A DNA stretch of 56,839 nucleotides, the filler included, from Sphacelaria rigidula (taxonomy: Eukaryota): assembly GCA_964200075.2 (NCBI GenBank). It is 4 parts of 4 records of this genome, joined end to end, with 100 filler letters (N's around TTAATTAATTAA, not from the genome) between each part and the next. Parts side by side here need not be neighbours in the genome. Positions count along the whole stretch, not along the records: positions 14,237 to 28,371 come from CAXNAA020002437.1; positions 28,472 to 42,606 come from CAXNAA020002438.1; 2 more parts are not named here. One strand, written 5' to 3'. Below are positions 26,501 through 38,705 of this stretch, piece by piece (position 1 is the first letter of the stretch; each line of letters begins with the position of its first letter). A program made the translations under genes and the position numbers. The notes below the pieces were generated by a model that had not been told where the DNA came from, did not search any database, and saw nothing but the letters and a program-made list of their open reading frames with translations.

Positions 26501-26765
26501 ATGTTTGAAGAACCATTTCCGATCACCGTCAAAGCCTTGTCTACGGCGTTTCTTTCCTCCAAGTTGAACACGCTCTGCAGCTACTCACCTCCAAGTCTAA
26601 AAATGACTTGGGCGGTTGAAAGACTTCCCCCCCCTGTCTCAGAATTATGTGGGCGGTTGAAAAGACGCGTGGAATATTACGTCATCTACGCAATCTTTGT
26701 CGTCATGGTGTATACGCTACTACTGCTGTCTGCATTATCCCGTATTGCACTTAGTAGAGTTACGA

Positions 26766-27134
26766 GTATCTCAAACTCGAGATTCCGAGTATATCTCACA
26801 GTAATTCACAGCCAAATATATCAGGAACCTCGAGTTTGAGATACCTCTAACCCTAGCCCCAACCCTAACGATACAAAATGCGTGACAATCTTGAATTGAT
26901 GTGAAACAGAGAGTCACCATACTAGGGGTATCTTAAACTCGGTTCCTGGTATCCTGGATTGTTTTGTTCTATTTTTTCAAGTGAAGGCGATGGCGATTCA
27001 TCATATTTTGATATCTTTTGACCGCCAGGTCAGGTTGTCCTATGAATCGTCATCACTTTCACTTGAAAAAAAGCACAAAACTCAGAGCCAGCGAATAAAC
27101 CAGGGAACCGGAAACCGAGTTTGAGATACCTCTA
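26766..27134. mobile_element. Two adjacent small MITE-like elements sharing the TIR GTATCTCAAACTCG
   Basis: 26766-26844 has 21-bp IRs with 1 mismatch. 26923-27134 reads TA|GGGGTATCTTAAACTCGG...CCGAGTTTGAGATACCTC|TA, with an internal IR (TTTTTTCAAGTGAA / TTCACTTGAAAAAA). TA flanks suggest Tc1/mariner-type. CCCTAA-like units lie between the two. Confidence 0.65.
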
Positions 27135-28086
27135 ATAAGTGCGTAGAGTTTACAAGTACGGGTAAACACCACGGGCCGCTGGCAAGAAGGAATACAACAC
27201 AAATCGAAAATCAAGAGTTGAACGACCAGCCGATACAGTGGTACAACACTCCAAATACTACACGAGCCAGGCCTTGACTTTCACGGTGGATGCTTTGAAA
27301 TTGATTTTGTTATATTATTTTCACCTTACTTGCACAACCAATGAACGTGAGAGATGGTGAGACCTCGACGGACACGAGGAACTTTCCCCTCTTCTAGGGG
27401 TAATGTCCACATCGCCCCTCCCAATGAGTCGCTCGTTGCGCTCTTTAGAGAGAAGAGGGTTGTAGGGATAAACGTTTTCGCCGGCTAGCGGTGGAGATAT
27501 TGGTGTGTTGTTGTTCCCCCCGGTGTTGGGTCACCAGGCCAACGATCTCCGCGACAGACGTGCCCGCGAATGGGTGAAGGGTGAACTCTGCTTGCTAGTT
27601 TCTCACCATGTCTCTGGCGTCCCTCCACTACTACTAGTACGACTTTTTGTCGCCACCTCGATTAAAATACTTGTTTCTTCTGTTGCACTGATCGGGGTGA
27701 AGATTCAAACGTGACACCTTCTGCTGATCGTGGATACAGCCATCTCACCGCGTCATCAGTATGACAAGGTGTGAGACCTCGGCCGACACTTGCGTTCTTT
27801 GTTATTCCTTCCCTGTGATGTCATGGCATGCGCATATCCAAATGGACGAAATTGATGTATGTATCGCCATGCACGGTAGTCACTACGAGCTGGGCCAGCC
27901 TAGAGGCGGATTTGAAGTTTGCAGGCGAATGCGCCGGCCAATATTTAGAGTTGGAGCGTAAAATTTGGTATGGACAATGCATAGAGCATAAAAAACATAT
28001 TAAAGAAGCACCAGAAGAAGTAAAAAAAAGAAAATCGTGAGTTAAGGGCATTTTACTGATAACTGAAAACTGATTATTGCCCCTAT

Positions 28087-28371
28087 TTAGGCTACTTCTT
28101 ATGTACCAAAAAATAACAGTTGGTGAAAAGTGCATTTTTGACCCTTCTCCGTCGTTTTTCCCCCGAAAAGAGGGCTAGGCGGCTGTTGACACCTTGGAAT
28201 AACTTGCTCTACTCGCTGAGACGGTTCCAGAGCACACATGCGTTTCCCGTAGGTCACGGTTTCGTTTTTGGCCAAACTTGCATTTTCAATAACAAACGGT
28301 CAAGTTACCGAAAAAATGTCAGTTTTCCCCCTGTTTTTAGATAACTTGACCGTTTGTTATTGAAAACGCAA
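28087..28371. mobile_element. Dispersed repeat family A, copy 3, folding back at the contig end
   Basis: Matches 8718/11010. It ends in the IR TTGCATTTTCAATAACAAACGGTCAAGTTA...TAACTTGACCGTTTGTTATTGAAAACGCAA immediately before the linker. Confidence 0.75.
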
Positions 28372-28471
28372 NNNNNNNNNNNNNNNNNNNNNNNNNNNNN
28401 NNNNNNNNNNNNNNNTTAATTAATTAANNNNNNNNNNNNNNNNNNNNNNNNNNNNNNNNNNNNNNNNNNNN
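28372..28471. other. Artificial contig linker (44N + TTAATTAATTAA + 44N)
   Basis: Same construct as 14137-14236. Confidence 0.97.
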
Positions 28472-28587
28472 AATTGATGCCGATTCAACAGAAGACTAAC
28501 CTCGCGGTGTAAGGGCTAAGAGGACCGCGTAGAACGCGTAGACCGCGAGGTTAGTCTTCTGTTGAATCAGCATCAATTTCGGGTTAA

Positions 28588-28685
28588 CCCTTAGACCGCG
28601 AAACTAGTCTATCTGGATCATGCATTCTTTTTTTCACTTGAAATTGGTGCCGATACAGCAGAAGACTAACCTCGCGGTCTAAGGG
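28588..28685. mobile_element. piggyBac-like miniature element (98 bp)
   Basis: TTAA|CCCTTAGACCGCGA...TCGCGGTCTAAGGG|TTGA. The 14-bp perfect TIR starts with CCC and the flanks are TTAA-like. Further termini of the same family lie at ~28472-28578. Confidence 0.55.
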
Positions 28686-28690
28686 TTGAG

Positions 28691-28952
28691 CACGCGGTCC
28701 TCTCACGCATTACACCACGCTAGTGCGAGCTTGTCACTAGTGTAATGCGTGAGAGGACCGCGTGGTTAGAGGACCGCATCGGAATGTGAGCACCCCTGTG
28801 GTTAGGGTTAGGGTTAGCGTTAGTGTTGGGGTTAGGGTCAAGGGCGTGGTACCTCCAGGAACAGACCCGATTGGTTTTGAAAATCATCGATCCTGAAGTA
28901 TTTTGAACTACGGCGCGGTCCCCTAAGCACGCGGTCCTCTCACGCATTACAA
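28691..28952. repeat. Inverted/direct repeat cluster with degenerate TTAGGG tract
   Basis: CACGCGGTCCTCTCACGCATTACA at 28691 and 28928, with the inverted copy at ~28741-28764. GGTTAGGGTTAGGGTTAGCGTTAG at ~28800-28838. Confidence 0.75.
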
Positions 28953-30386
28953 CTAACTCAGCATACCAGTCGACACCCACACACCAGCGATTCACATTTT
29001 GAGAGTCGTTCAGAGTACGGAAGTATTTTGAGCGAAAGTATAAAGCGTGGGGGGATTTTGGAAAACGTATGCGCACGAACGGACTTCTTAACGTCGTTCG
29101 TGGGTTTGGAAACGCCGAGACCTGAGCACCGGACAAACTTTTGCTACTACTGTTGCAGTATAGGTCCATGCAGGTACAGCAGTGATATTGCAACTTTGCA
29201 CTTGTCTTTGGGAGATCGAGGAGTACAATAAAGGACGAGTATGTGGTATGTCGATTCTCGGGGCTCGGGAATACCCAGCCATTCGGCGGCGGTCGGTGGT
29301 CGGGCTGCTCTGACGCCCAAAATATTTTCGGCAGTCGGTCCTACTTACAGTATCGTGGTGCTCTAGGATCCCCCCAGTATTTCGGGAAGTCTATACACGT
29401 CAGGCGGTGCTCGTAGGAAGTGAGTATTTTGCTAAGCAGACGGAGCACAGCGACACATTTTGGGCGGCCGGTACTATAGTTATTACATTATATGTCGTAT
29501 CAATACTCGATGCAATCCAAGTTGTATCCATCCGTGTGGGGGGTAACATTGGCCAAGTCCTGGCCACTGCACCCCATGTTATGGAAATATCTACAGTATT
29601 CATATCCCTGACGTCTGTAATCATACTACTCTTTCATGTAGCACGTATGAATAAAATAGTGCATCCAGGATGTGTCGTCGGTATAGCATGTGTCGGTATA
29701 GCATGTATGTATCGGTATATAGCATGCATCCGTTGGCGTACGACGTATGCGGAGAAACTACTGTAGAACGAAGGCGGAGGACGTACTTTTGTAGTATTTA
29801 TCTCGATAAAAGCAGAGCTCGGCCTCCCTCCTAATGATGTCTCTGGATTGTATACATGTGTACTTGCTGTGTTTTCTGGTTGTCTTTTAAATGTGATCAT
29901 CGTCCTGCTTCGATGACCAGCATTGTGTTTTATACATGTTTGTGTTGGCCACAAGGGCCACCGGGCGATGCCCTTAACCTGCCACAGGGCAGTCTTCACA
30001 ACATTGTAGTATCGTCATCTCATGCTCTGAAGTACTGTCGTTACGTTGCTACGACGTCTTCGAGTACGATCATATACATTTGACTCACGTGGATAGGTGT
30101 CGGCCGCTACTACCAGCTGCGTCAGTACATATCGTAGTATGCATAATACCCCACTCCCCATCGCCGTTGACTTCAAGGTGGAGAAAGAGCAAGGTAGATG
30201 TGGCAATAACGCTTTTGTACTAGCTTTAACCACGGAAGAACCGAACGCGTGTGATACGGGAAGCTTTATTAAGCTACACATAGTGATGGATCATGTGTAT
30301 TCGTTCCAACGTCATCGAGTAAGATGCCTCCCAACATATCCGCGCTGCCCTTGCCCCTTTGTTGTCGACTTCAACACATCATGCAG

Positions 30387-33300
30387 AGGTTTCCCCGAGA
30401 TGGAGCACTGTCCGCACTGCATGCAGTCCAAAGGGCCGGCGGCCGTGCGCGCGCGGGCTGAAGCTGAGACAGATCCGACCGAGCTGGAGATCTACGGCGG
30501 CGGTCGCTGGCCCCACCACGACGCGTACGAGAGAGGGGAGTTGTTGCCCAACGGGAACTACTACGAGACGGACGCTATCTCTGTTCGCCATGGCCTGTGC
30601 GGTGACCCTGGACAGGTGAAGAAATTGCAACAGTAAGGGCAGCGTAAAAACAATTTCTGGACACGTAGGCACCAAGATCGAAAATTTGAGTCTCTGAGGG
30701 GAGGATACGGGGGGACACCCAACCGTCTGTCCCCTGGGTTATCGCCTAAGCGTTGGCGGATGCCGTCAGCTGCCGTCGACAGAGATCCTTGGCATGGAGA
30801 CCGCTGGGATGGTGAACACGCCCGCATCCCCGAGCTCATCTTCAGCATTTCCCTCCACTAGCGAAGGTTGTGATGTATCTTCTGGAGCGATCACTGCCCC
30901 GTTCGTCGCCCATCTCGCGGCTGGTCTGAGGAACAAGGTTGCATACGTCGGACGAGCACGAGTGTGACTCGTGGCACTCGCACTCGTTGGTCTGCTCGTT
31001 GGCCGTCAAAATTAAGAGGGCGAGTACTCGAGTCATCGCTCGTTGTAGAAAAAACTTAATAGGGCGAGCACCCGAGTCATCGCTCGTTGTGGAAAAACTT
31101 AATAGGGCGAGCACTCGAGTCATTGCTCGTTGTGGAAAAAATGAAGAGGGTGAGCACTCGAGTCATGCTCGTTGTGTTTTGGAAAAACACTCACGAGTGC
31201 ACTCGTCTAAACGAGTAATGACTCGTCCGACCTGTACAAGGATGGGTCTGCCGCGCCTGCAAGCACATGCTCGGCAAAAATGCCGTGCACGATTCCCAAG
31301 AGAAGGTGCAGAAGAACCATGAAGGGAAAATACACCGAGGATGAATTGCTTTAGAGTTGCCAACTTCGAACAATGATCGAAGGCTGAGCGTTGATAGCAA
31401 AGGTAAAACATATGTGGTTTTGTTTTTAGATATAGTTGAGAAAAGCCAAGCACCTATCTATGCATACATAATCTCTGAATATCACCCCCTCTCTTCTACA
31501 CGACTATGTGGTGCGCAAGTTGCTTGCAAGAACCTCTGTACCTATACACCTTTCGACAGTTGGACCCGATGTCAAAACTGTACAAAAATGCAAGTTGAAG
31601 AGAGCTTTGCTGTTCTTGTTTTTAGTTGGGATGGTAGGGAGCAGAAGCAGATACACGAGCCCCGCGAAGCTTACCAGACGTTTCGGTTTTTGTCAGTGTT
31701 TATTGATAAATGTCTTGCAAAAAAATCAGCAGAAAAAATCAAGACAGCCTTTATGACCAATTTCTTGCAACGAAGTTGACGAAAAAAAATCATGACAACT
31801 TTTGAAAAATGCCCTTCGGGGGGGAGGGAGGGGGGGCGGATACGTGTTAATATTTTCTCTCGGCGCTGCCACCTGGCGATACATACATAATACGCAAGCC
31901 ATTCCACAGAGTACAACCACCCCACAACACGCACTTGTGGTATATGAAAACAATGCGCTCGCGAAACAAACGCAGGCGTCGTAACGAGTCTCGAGAGATA
32001 TTGTGTCACGTCTGTTCTTCGTTGATTTCTGTATATGTACAAGAGTATTTCCCCCCTTACCGTCCGCGCGCCCCAAATATACACAACGCAGACTCAGCCC
32101 GAAGGTGACAACAAGTACGCGCAGGATAACAGCGTGTACCCCGTCCTGGAGACCCTGGCGGAGGGCTCGGTGGTGGAGATGAAGGTCGTCATGTCCACCT
32201 ACCACTGGGTGAGCCTTGATTGAGTCTCTGCTCTCGACTCGCGGCATGAGGGTACTGCGATTCGATGAGCAAGTTTAAGAGGTTTGTACTCTGTCACCCG
32301 TGAGTCCACTCACTACGCTCTGATCATCTGCGAACACCTTAAACATATATTATAGTTATATATATATACTGCTACAGCATGGCATCGTTCTCGCACTCCC
32401 GCGGTACGGTACTGCGGGAGGCTCACAGAAAATCGAACCGGCAATCGGGTATTTTTTTAAGGGCATACCCGCGCTCCTGGTACGGGCATATATCGTGTAC
32501 ATAACCCACAGAACTGTCGGGCAAGCGTATGGGAGGCGTACAAAACGCACAGAGCTGTCGGGCAAGGTATGAAAGTTGCACAGGAAATCGTATTCGCAAC
32601 TGGGTATCTTATCAATAGCATACCCGTGCCCCCATTAATGGTACGAAAGGCTTACAGAACTCACAGAGCTGTCAGGTGAGGGTATGACCGTCTGACAGAC
32701 GTTACAGAACTGTGGGGTACCGGTATGAAAGTGTCGAGTACGGTAAATACACGGGAAAAGACCCCGGGTATATAAAAAACCGTACCCTACAGAACACAAC
32801 CTTGCAAGTATCAGCACCATTTCGTAGTCTCAGGAGACCAACCCATCTCTCCCTCGGCTCGTATGTACCCGACATTTTGGTCTCGATTGACTTGGAATTT
32901 TACTACTCAAGGTGCACCAGAAGCAAGCGATTTGCTGGTGGTACTTTGATGCCCGTCAACTCACCACTTACTGTATGACAACCCTCCCCTGGCCGCGTCA
33001 CAAAACAGGGCCACCTGGAGTTCTTCATCTGCAACGCCGATGACCTCCCGGGTGGGCCCGACGGTCCTGTCACGCAGAGCTGCTTCAACAAGTACCCACT
33101 CGATCGGGCCGAGGACGATGGGAATGCTAGCCCCATAGACCCGAACCACCCGGGTCGATACTACGTGGACCCACCGTGCAGGGCCGCAGAGACGGACCAG
33201 TCCAAGCCAGATGGTACTGACTCAGGAGATGTGGTGACCGCGCGCTACCAGCTGCCTAAGGGTCTGACGTGCGAGAGATGCACCATCCAGATGGTTTACT

Positions 33301-34819
33301 GTGAGTTGTGCTATATTCGGGGAGATCAGATGTGTGCCCGCTACATGGATGCTGTTCTGGAGTGGTGGCTTTTGTGTGTTTCGAGTCGTGGCAGTATTGA
33401 GTGGTTGCACCTGGTGATACTCTACTTGTGTGGCTGTAGTTTCTGCAGTTTCTGTATATTTCTTCACAGGCATCGGCACGGGTATGAAAGGGTTTATTCA
33501 CGGTTGGAGGTTCAGGGTTTCACGTCGGCGTGACCTGGGGCACAGCATTTTTACCATGCACACCATTCGTGTGTTGCTTCTATAGTTTGTTTTGATACCT
33601 TAGCCCCCCTGACCATGCCGCGCCCCTCCCACATCTCGTATGGTCTTGCAGACACAGGCAACTCGTGCCACCACCCTGGGTACGAACAATTCAACCCTCC
33701 CTCGTGGCCTAGTGAGTGCGCACCCAACAAGGAGGACTGGATCACCCTGGACCCCGGGATGTGCGGTGTAGGCGACAGTTACCCTGAGGAGTTCTGGAAC
33801 TGCGCCGATGTCTCCATCACGTCTGGTGCGTTATTTCCATTTCTGCTGTTCAATCGTTCCGGAGCGGTTGTCTGTTGCTTTCTATATGAGTACATGATTA
33901 TACGGATGAGTTGATGTACGCCCATTTAATACTATGATCCTATACTCTGATATATCGAAGCGTACGAGTTGCAATAATGATGTATATCCTGTGCGTGTGA
34001 GTTTGTTTTGGTGTCCTGTGTACAAAGAAAACTATCGGATACATGACGATTTGATGCTTTCAAGTAATTTGTCTAAACGGTTTGAATGTGCTGACCGCAA
34101 AGTAGAGCATGGCCAGTTGAAAAACATCGAACCACTGTTCATGAGAGGGACATCACTTCTCCTCCTGCGGCACGCAGGGACGAGTCGTGTAGCAGAAATG
34201 AAGATTTTCCAGCCTGCCCAGGACGCTTTCGTCAGGAGCGAGATAGTAACCCTTCGCCCCCTGTCCTGCCCCCCCATTCCCTCATTTTTCCATCCCAGGC
34301 GGATTCACCGGACCCTCGCCGAAGCCCGAGCCCGCCCCTGCACCCACCACTCCCGAACCGGAGCCGGAAGCGACCGAGCCCATGCCCGAGCCCACGGCCG
34401 AACCATCGGAGATGGAGTACCCGCCTTCCTACTCGTCCGGAACTGAAAGCTACCCTCCTTCTTACGCGTCGATGGAAGATGAGTCGACGGAAGATGAGTC
34501 GACGGAAGACGAGTCGATGGAGGACGACTCGAAATCGACCGACGCGGAACCGACGGGGCCCGAATCGATCACTACTTCATCGTCTGAGACTGAGCGGAGG
34601 ACCGAGAGGAAATCTGAGAGGAAGTGGGAGACAAAGACGGAGACCGACACTGACGAAGTGCGTGTCGAGCCTTTCAGTGAAGAGGTCGATGGCGGTTGCT
34701 CCGAGGTTTGGACACAGTGTGGTGGGACGGACTGGGATGGGCCCACTTGTTGCGATGACGGCGCGGAATGCGTCGGCAGGGGCGATTACTTTGCTCAGTG
34801 CATCCCCGCTAGTCCGTAG
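30387..34819 (+). CDS. AA15-like / LPMO_10-type lytic polysaccharide monooxygenase with Pro/acidic linker and C-terminal CBM1 (5'-partial)
   Basis: Phase-compatible GT-AG exons 30387-30615, 32092-32208, 33009-33300, 33652-33825 and 34299-34819. They give ..EHCPHC..RHGLCGDP..VEMKVVMSTYHW|GHLEFFIC..YQLPKGLTCERCTIQMVYYTGNSC..PEEFWNCADVSI.., which are motifs typical of AA15-like LPMOs. The signal peptide/His1 exon was not found. Confidence 0.85.
31011..31175. repeat. Intronic ~43-44 bp tandem repeat, 4 copies
   Basis: Unit ~TTAATAGGGCGAGCACTCGAGTCATCGCTCGTTGTGGAAAAAC, with no variable spacers. Confidence 0.85.
32400..32810. repeat. Intronic repetitive element with internal CACAGA(A/G)CTGTCGGG..GTATG subrepeats
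   Basis: Variants of CACAGAGCTGTCGGGCAAGGTATG recur at ~32506, 32548, 32662 and 32704. Confidence 0.5.
34697..34807 (+). other. CBM1 (fungal-type cellulose-binding module) at the LPMO C-terminus
   Basis: CSEVWTQCGGTDWDGPTCCDDGAECVGRGDYFAQCIP fits the CBM1 pattern QCGGxxWxGPTxCxxGxxCxxxxxY(Y/F)xQC. Confidence 0.92.
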
Positions 34820-35810
34820 ACAGCAGGAATCGCTGAGTTTGTTGCTCAGCGTTTAGTGTTTCTCGATTGGTCCCAAATGCGAAAACACGTCGTCGGGAGT
34901 TGTGCATGTTTTTGTGCTACGATGTTGGTGTGTCTTATCTTGGCGCGAAATGTTAGTAAATCATTTTCTGGCCTTTTGGTGTTGGGCGTGTGGAGTGTGG
35001 GTCTAGACGTGAAGTGCTGGTTTACCCTGTTGTTTGCGCGAAACCTCGCCAGATTCAACGAGGGCGATGCATGATGATGTGCAAATATCTCAACGTGGTC
35101 CGGTGGGTGCTGTGTCTACGATGTGCGCTGTGGTTCTCTCGTGTTCATTCATGTGACGGCTGTGGTGTGGTGTCGTGCTGCATGTTCGGGCTGACGGTGT
35201 ATTGCGTGATGGCTCATCACTGTCATGCTTGGTCACGGCAACCGTGTTGCTGTATGTCTTTTTGCGCGTTACCTGCACGCTGTCAGAGGAACATGCCCGA
35301 TACGGTGTAGAGTACGTTTTGTTTTCTGTCATGGATGCGTGGTGGTGTGAGTGTCATTTGAGGGGGTTGGTGTAGACAGGGTGGGTACTGTATGGTCACT
35401 TGATATTGGTGGGTCGTCGGTTGCATATTAATGACGGTGCTGTCGTCTATATACTGACACGTTTGTGGTGTTGATTTTGTCCATAGGCTTATCCCATATG
35501 GTGCGGTACTCATAACGCCATCGGGTGGAGAGTCGCATCTCTCACTCTCTGTCCCCATAATGTGTGGTTAGGAAGCTGGTCGAGGGCGGGGGTGGGTGGT
35601 GGTGGTTGTGTGTCGTGTGAGTTTAGTTCATTTTCCCCCCTTTACTCGGTATTTTGCTGATATCGTGTCGTGTGTTGACGTTTTTCTCAAACAAATGTTG
35701 CCTTTACCCGTCGAGGTTTAACAACTTGACGCTCAAGTGTGCGGGAGGATCTCTCCCCAAGTATATGGGTGCGGTGGTCGTGATGATGTTCACAAAATAT
35801 CATGTCAATG

Positions 35811-36003
35811 GAGAGTTTCGGAAAACGCTTTTTTTTGCCATTTCCGAGTGCAAGTGTCTCAGGATCAGAGTGAAGAATAAAAAATTGCACCTTATCGAAA
35901 AATATTCAAGAGGATATACACCATTTGACGGGGGGGATTTTCGTTACAGTCTGATCCTGAGATATTTGCACTGAAAAGACAAAACGCGTCTTCCGAAACT
36001 CTC
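35811..36003. mobile_element. MITE-like inverted repeat
   Basis: GAGAGTTTCGGAAAACGC..GTGCAAGTGTCTCAGGATCAGA (35811-35869) pairs with TCTGATCCTGAGATATTTGCAC..GCGTCTTCCGAAACTCTC (35950-36003). Confidence 0.6.
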
Positions 36004-38705
36004 TAACGTAGATTTTCACCTCGCGTTGTGTCCTGTTGTATCTGTGTGATGGTAAATGATTGTCTGAATTAAAAGTAGTTTGGGATTTGCGGATCCCCAG
36101 AAATGACCGACGGGTATGGAACGATTCTGGTCGAATGTGTTGTGATAAGGCAGGATTTGGAGTGTTTTTACTGTTGATGCAGCTGGTTGAAGGTCAACAG
36201 ATTGTACCCGATTAGCCGCGTGTACCTACTGCTACTACAGCGTTGTTTGGCTAAAGGCACAGCACGTCACGGTGGTTTTGTATTATGACGAGGTTGTAAG
36301 AGGGGCAGACGAACGTATCGATAGAACAGCTGCTCTACCTACCTGTTTACTCGAAAACCCCGACTACAGTCTTCAGGCCTCATTGGATATAAAGAAGAAC
36401 TTTTCCTCATCATCTACCCACCGATCTCGTGTCTTCAGTGTCGCGAGTCCACAGCTTTGACGTGAGTCTTAGCAGTGCTGTATTTCTACCCTCACAAACG
36501 AATGGATATTGTATTCTGGCCTCGGGGCTGTGTGTGTTTTCCCCTTTGACAGCTGGGCTATTATACCGAGAGATTGAAACAGCAGTTTTGAGTGCAGCGA
36601 GTCAATCCAGGATCGCATGCTCACATCTCCCTAGGGTGTGGCTTGCTTGCGTTCGGCGTATACGGTTCTACTGCTTGCGGTTTTGCCGATACCGCCACAT
36701 TGTGGGACTTCAGAGGCAGCTTGTTTCATTCAGCTGTTACTGTTTACACACAACCAACCACCAGCTCATGGTCTTCTCTCCAAAACCTTGTATTTTCGGC
36801 CCTCGTTTTCGCTTGATATTTGTGTACATGATTTAGCGGTGTAATACACCCAAGGTAATCAGACAGCTTATTAAGCTGTTCTCTGTTTTACTCCGAGTTT
36901 GACAGACATCCCGACTCGAGTTAGCTGCAGGTGTGCGATGTGTCATACAGTCCCCACGTTGGTTTCAGGGAACGGTGACCGAACCATGAGGCGCTTCAGG
37001 TATGAGCGCACACGCAAGCCCTCTTTTGCTGCACAAGTATATTCCCCTCAACCTGCAGGTCATATCGACGGTACAAGCCAACCCACTGTGGCGGATACGC
37101 TCTCTCTGGTAACATTATACACCGCACAGAGAACGCATAGCGTTTTCATCCACACTCGATCTGAAGTGCCGTATCCTTTTTCACCCACGGGCGGTTATCG
37201 GATAATGAAGCCGGTCACACGTTCCTTGTTTAGATACGCCCCTCAAGGGTCCGTAGCTTTTTCACCGCCCTCCCGACCACCTGCCCCCGCAAACGCCCTT
37301 GCTCACAGTCCGTCGATTCTGTATCGACCGAATCGACCGACATGTGTCCAAAACTACGCCGATTCATGCTTGCAGGTAGAGAGTTCGCCGGCTATTTCAA
37401 TCGCCGCCCGCTGTACATACGACTTTTCTTGCCCAAACACGGAACGTTGAGCCACCATGCGCACCGAATTATATCGATGCAACATGATGAATCGGGATTG
37501 AGAATGTTGTCTGTACACGAGCATGATTGAACACGGCGAGGCGTGAGGCTCATGTTACTTGTTCACATTCACACGGCACCAGGGTACACTACAGTTTGAT
37601 TGCCGCCCCATCAACACGCGCTACAGTACATACTTGGTCGTCCAGAAGGCCACGTACCTTTCCCGTTGAAATATTGTTCCGAATTGAAGTACTGACAACA
37701 GTACAGCACCGTTTGAAATACAAATGGTCCCAACGGGTAATATCTTGCGGACGGTGAGGTGCCGTACTGTAGCATGCGTTGGTAGTGCTACACTATCTGA
37801 ACGAAGTCATCTTTATTGCATTGTAGGTATGAACACGGCGCGGGCATAACGTTGTGTGGGATTTTTTTATGTGATGCGCACAAATTGATATCGTACTGCA
37901 CTGTCGACCACGCCCGCTGCAACCGCGAAGATGATATGTAATGTACTGTGCCACACAGCATTTTGCTGTTTGGTGCTTTGTACGCTGTGTTTGTACTGCA
38001 CTATATATTTGTATTACGGTTGCGCTTGTACATTTATTGACTGTGTACCTGCACGATGATACGTGACCGATCCCCCGGCTCGGCTATTTTCAGCGAAATG
38101 CGCGGTACTGTGGTAAGTATCGCCAGCCGCGCTGATATTGCCTCTGGACAAACGGCATCCGACAGTTGTTTTTCTCCTCAGTCTCAACGTGTTCTCAAAA
38201 TAGAACTGAGCGGTTTGACGTTGCTGTTCGCTGCATCCCACACGTCTATTCCTTCATGGCATGCAGGTTTGTCCATAAACGCTGTTGCGCTGGTGACAGT
38301 CACTGTATGCCTGTTGATTGTGAAAACTTTCGTTTTCTTCCTTGTCTCTTTGCTGCTACACTTTATCCACCAACACACACACACATACGGTTTGTTGTGT
38401 GCCTTCCACATTTTTTTCCCTTTCATCTGCACCTGATTAAAAAAGTGATAGGCCGTTACATGTGCGGAGTGTGCGAACCTACATGTCGATCGAAAACTGT
38501 CGACAGTACCCTGCCACTCTAATCATTTTATTTTTATTCGCTCCGCCTCAGTCCTCAACAACTGTGCTGTCTCCCACGACGAAACGTTCATTTTTCAACG
38601 TCCGCATCTCTACGTTACCGATCTGGCGCAATGACGCAAGTGTACAAGCCATGCCTGATATTAACCGCCCTTCGACTTCATCGGAGCACGATGGCATGAA
38701 GGACG

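Noticed and set aside
31011..31175. Palindromic ~43-bp repeats resembling a CRISPR array
   Set aside because: The units are contiguous with no unique spacers, there are no cas genes, and the array lies in a eukaryotic intron.
36295..38460. Possible 5' LTR of the Gypsy element (TGTAA at 36295 or 36840 ... TTACA at 38460)
   Set aside because: There is no second LTR on the contig and no TGG-initiated PBS after 38460, so it cannot be supported.
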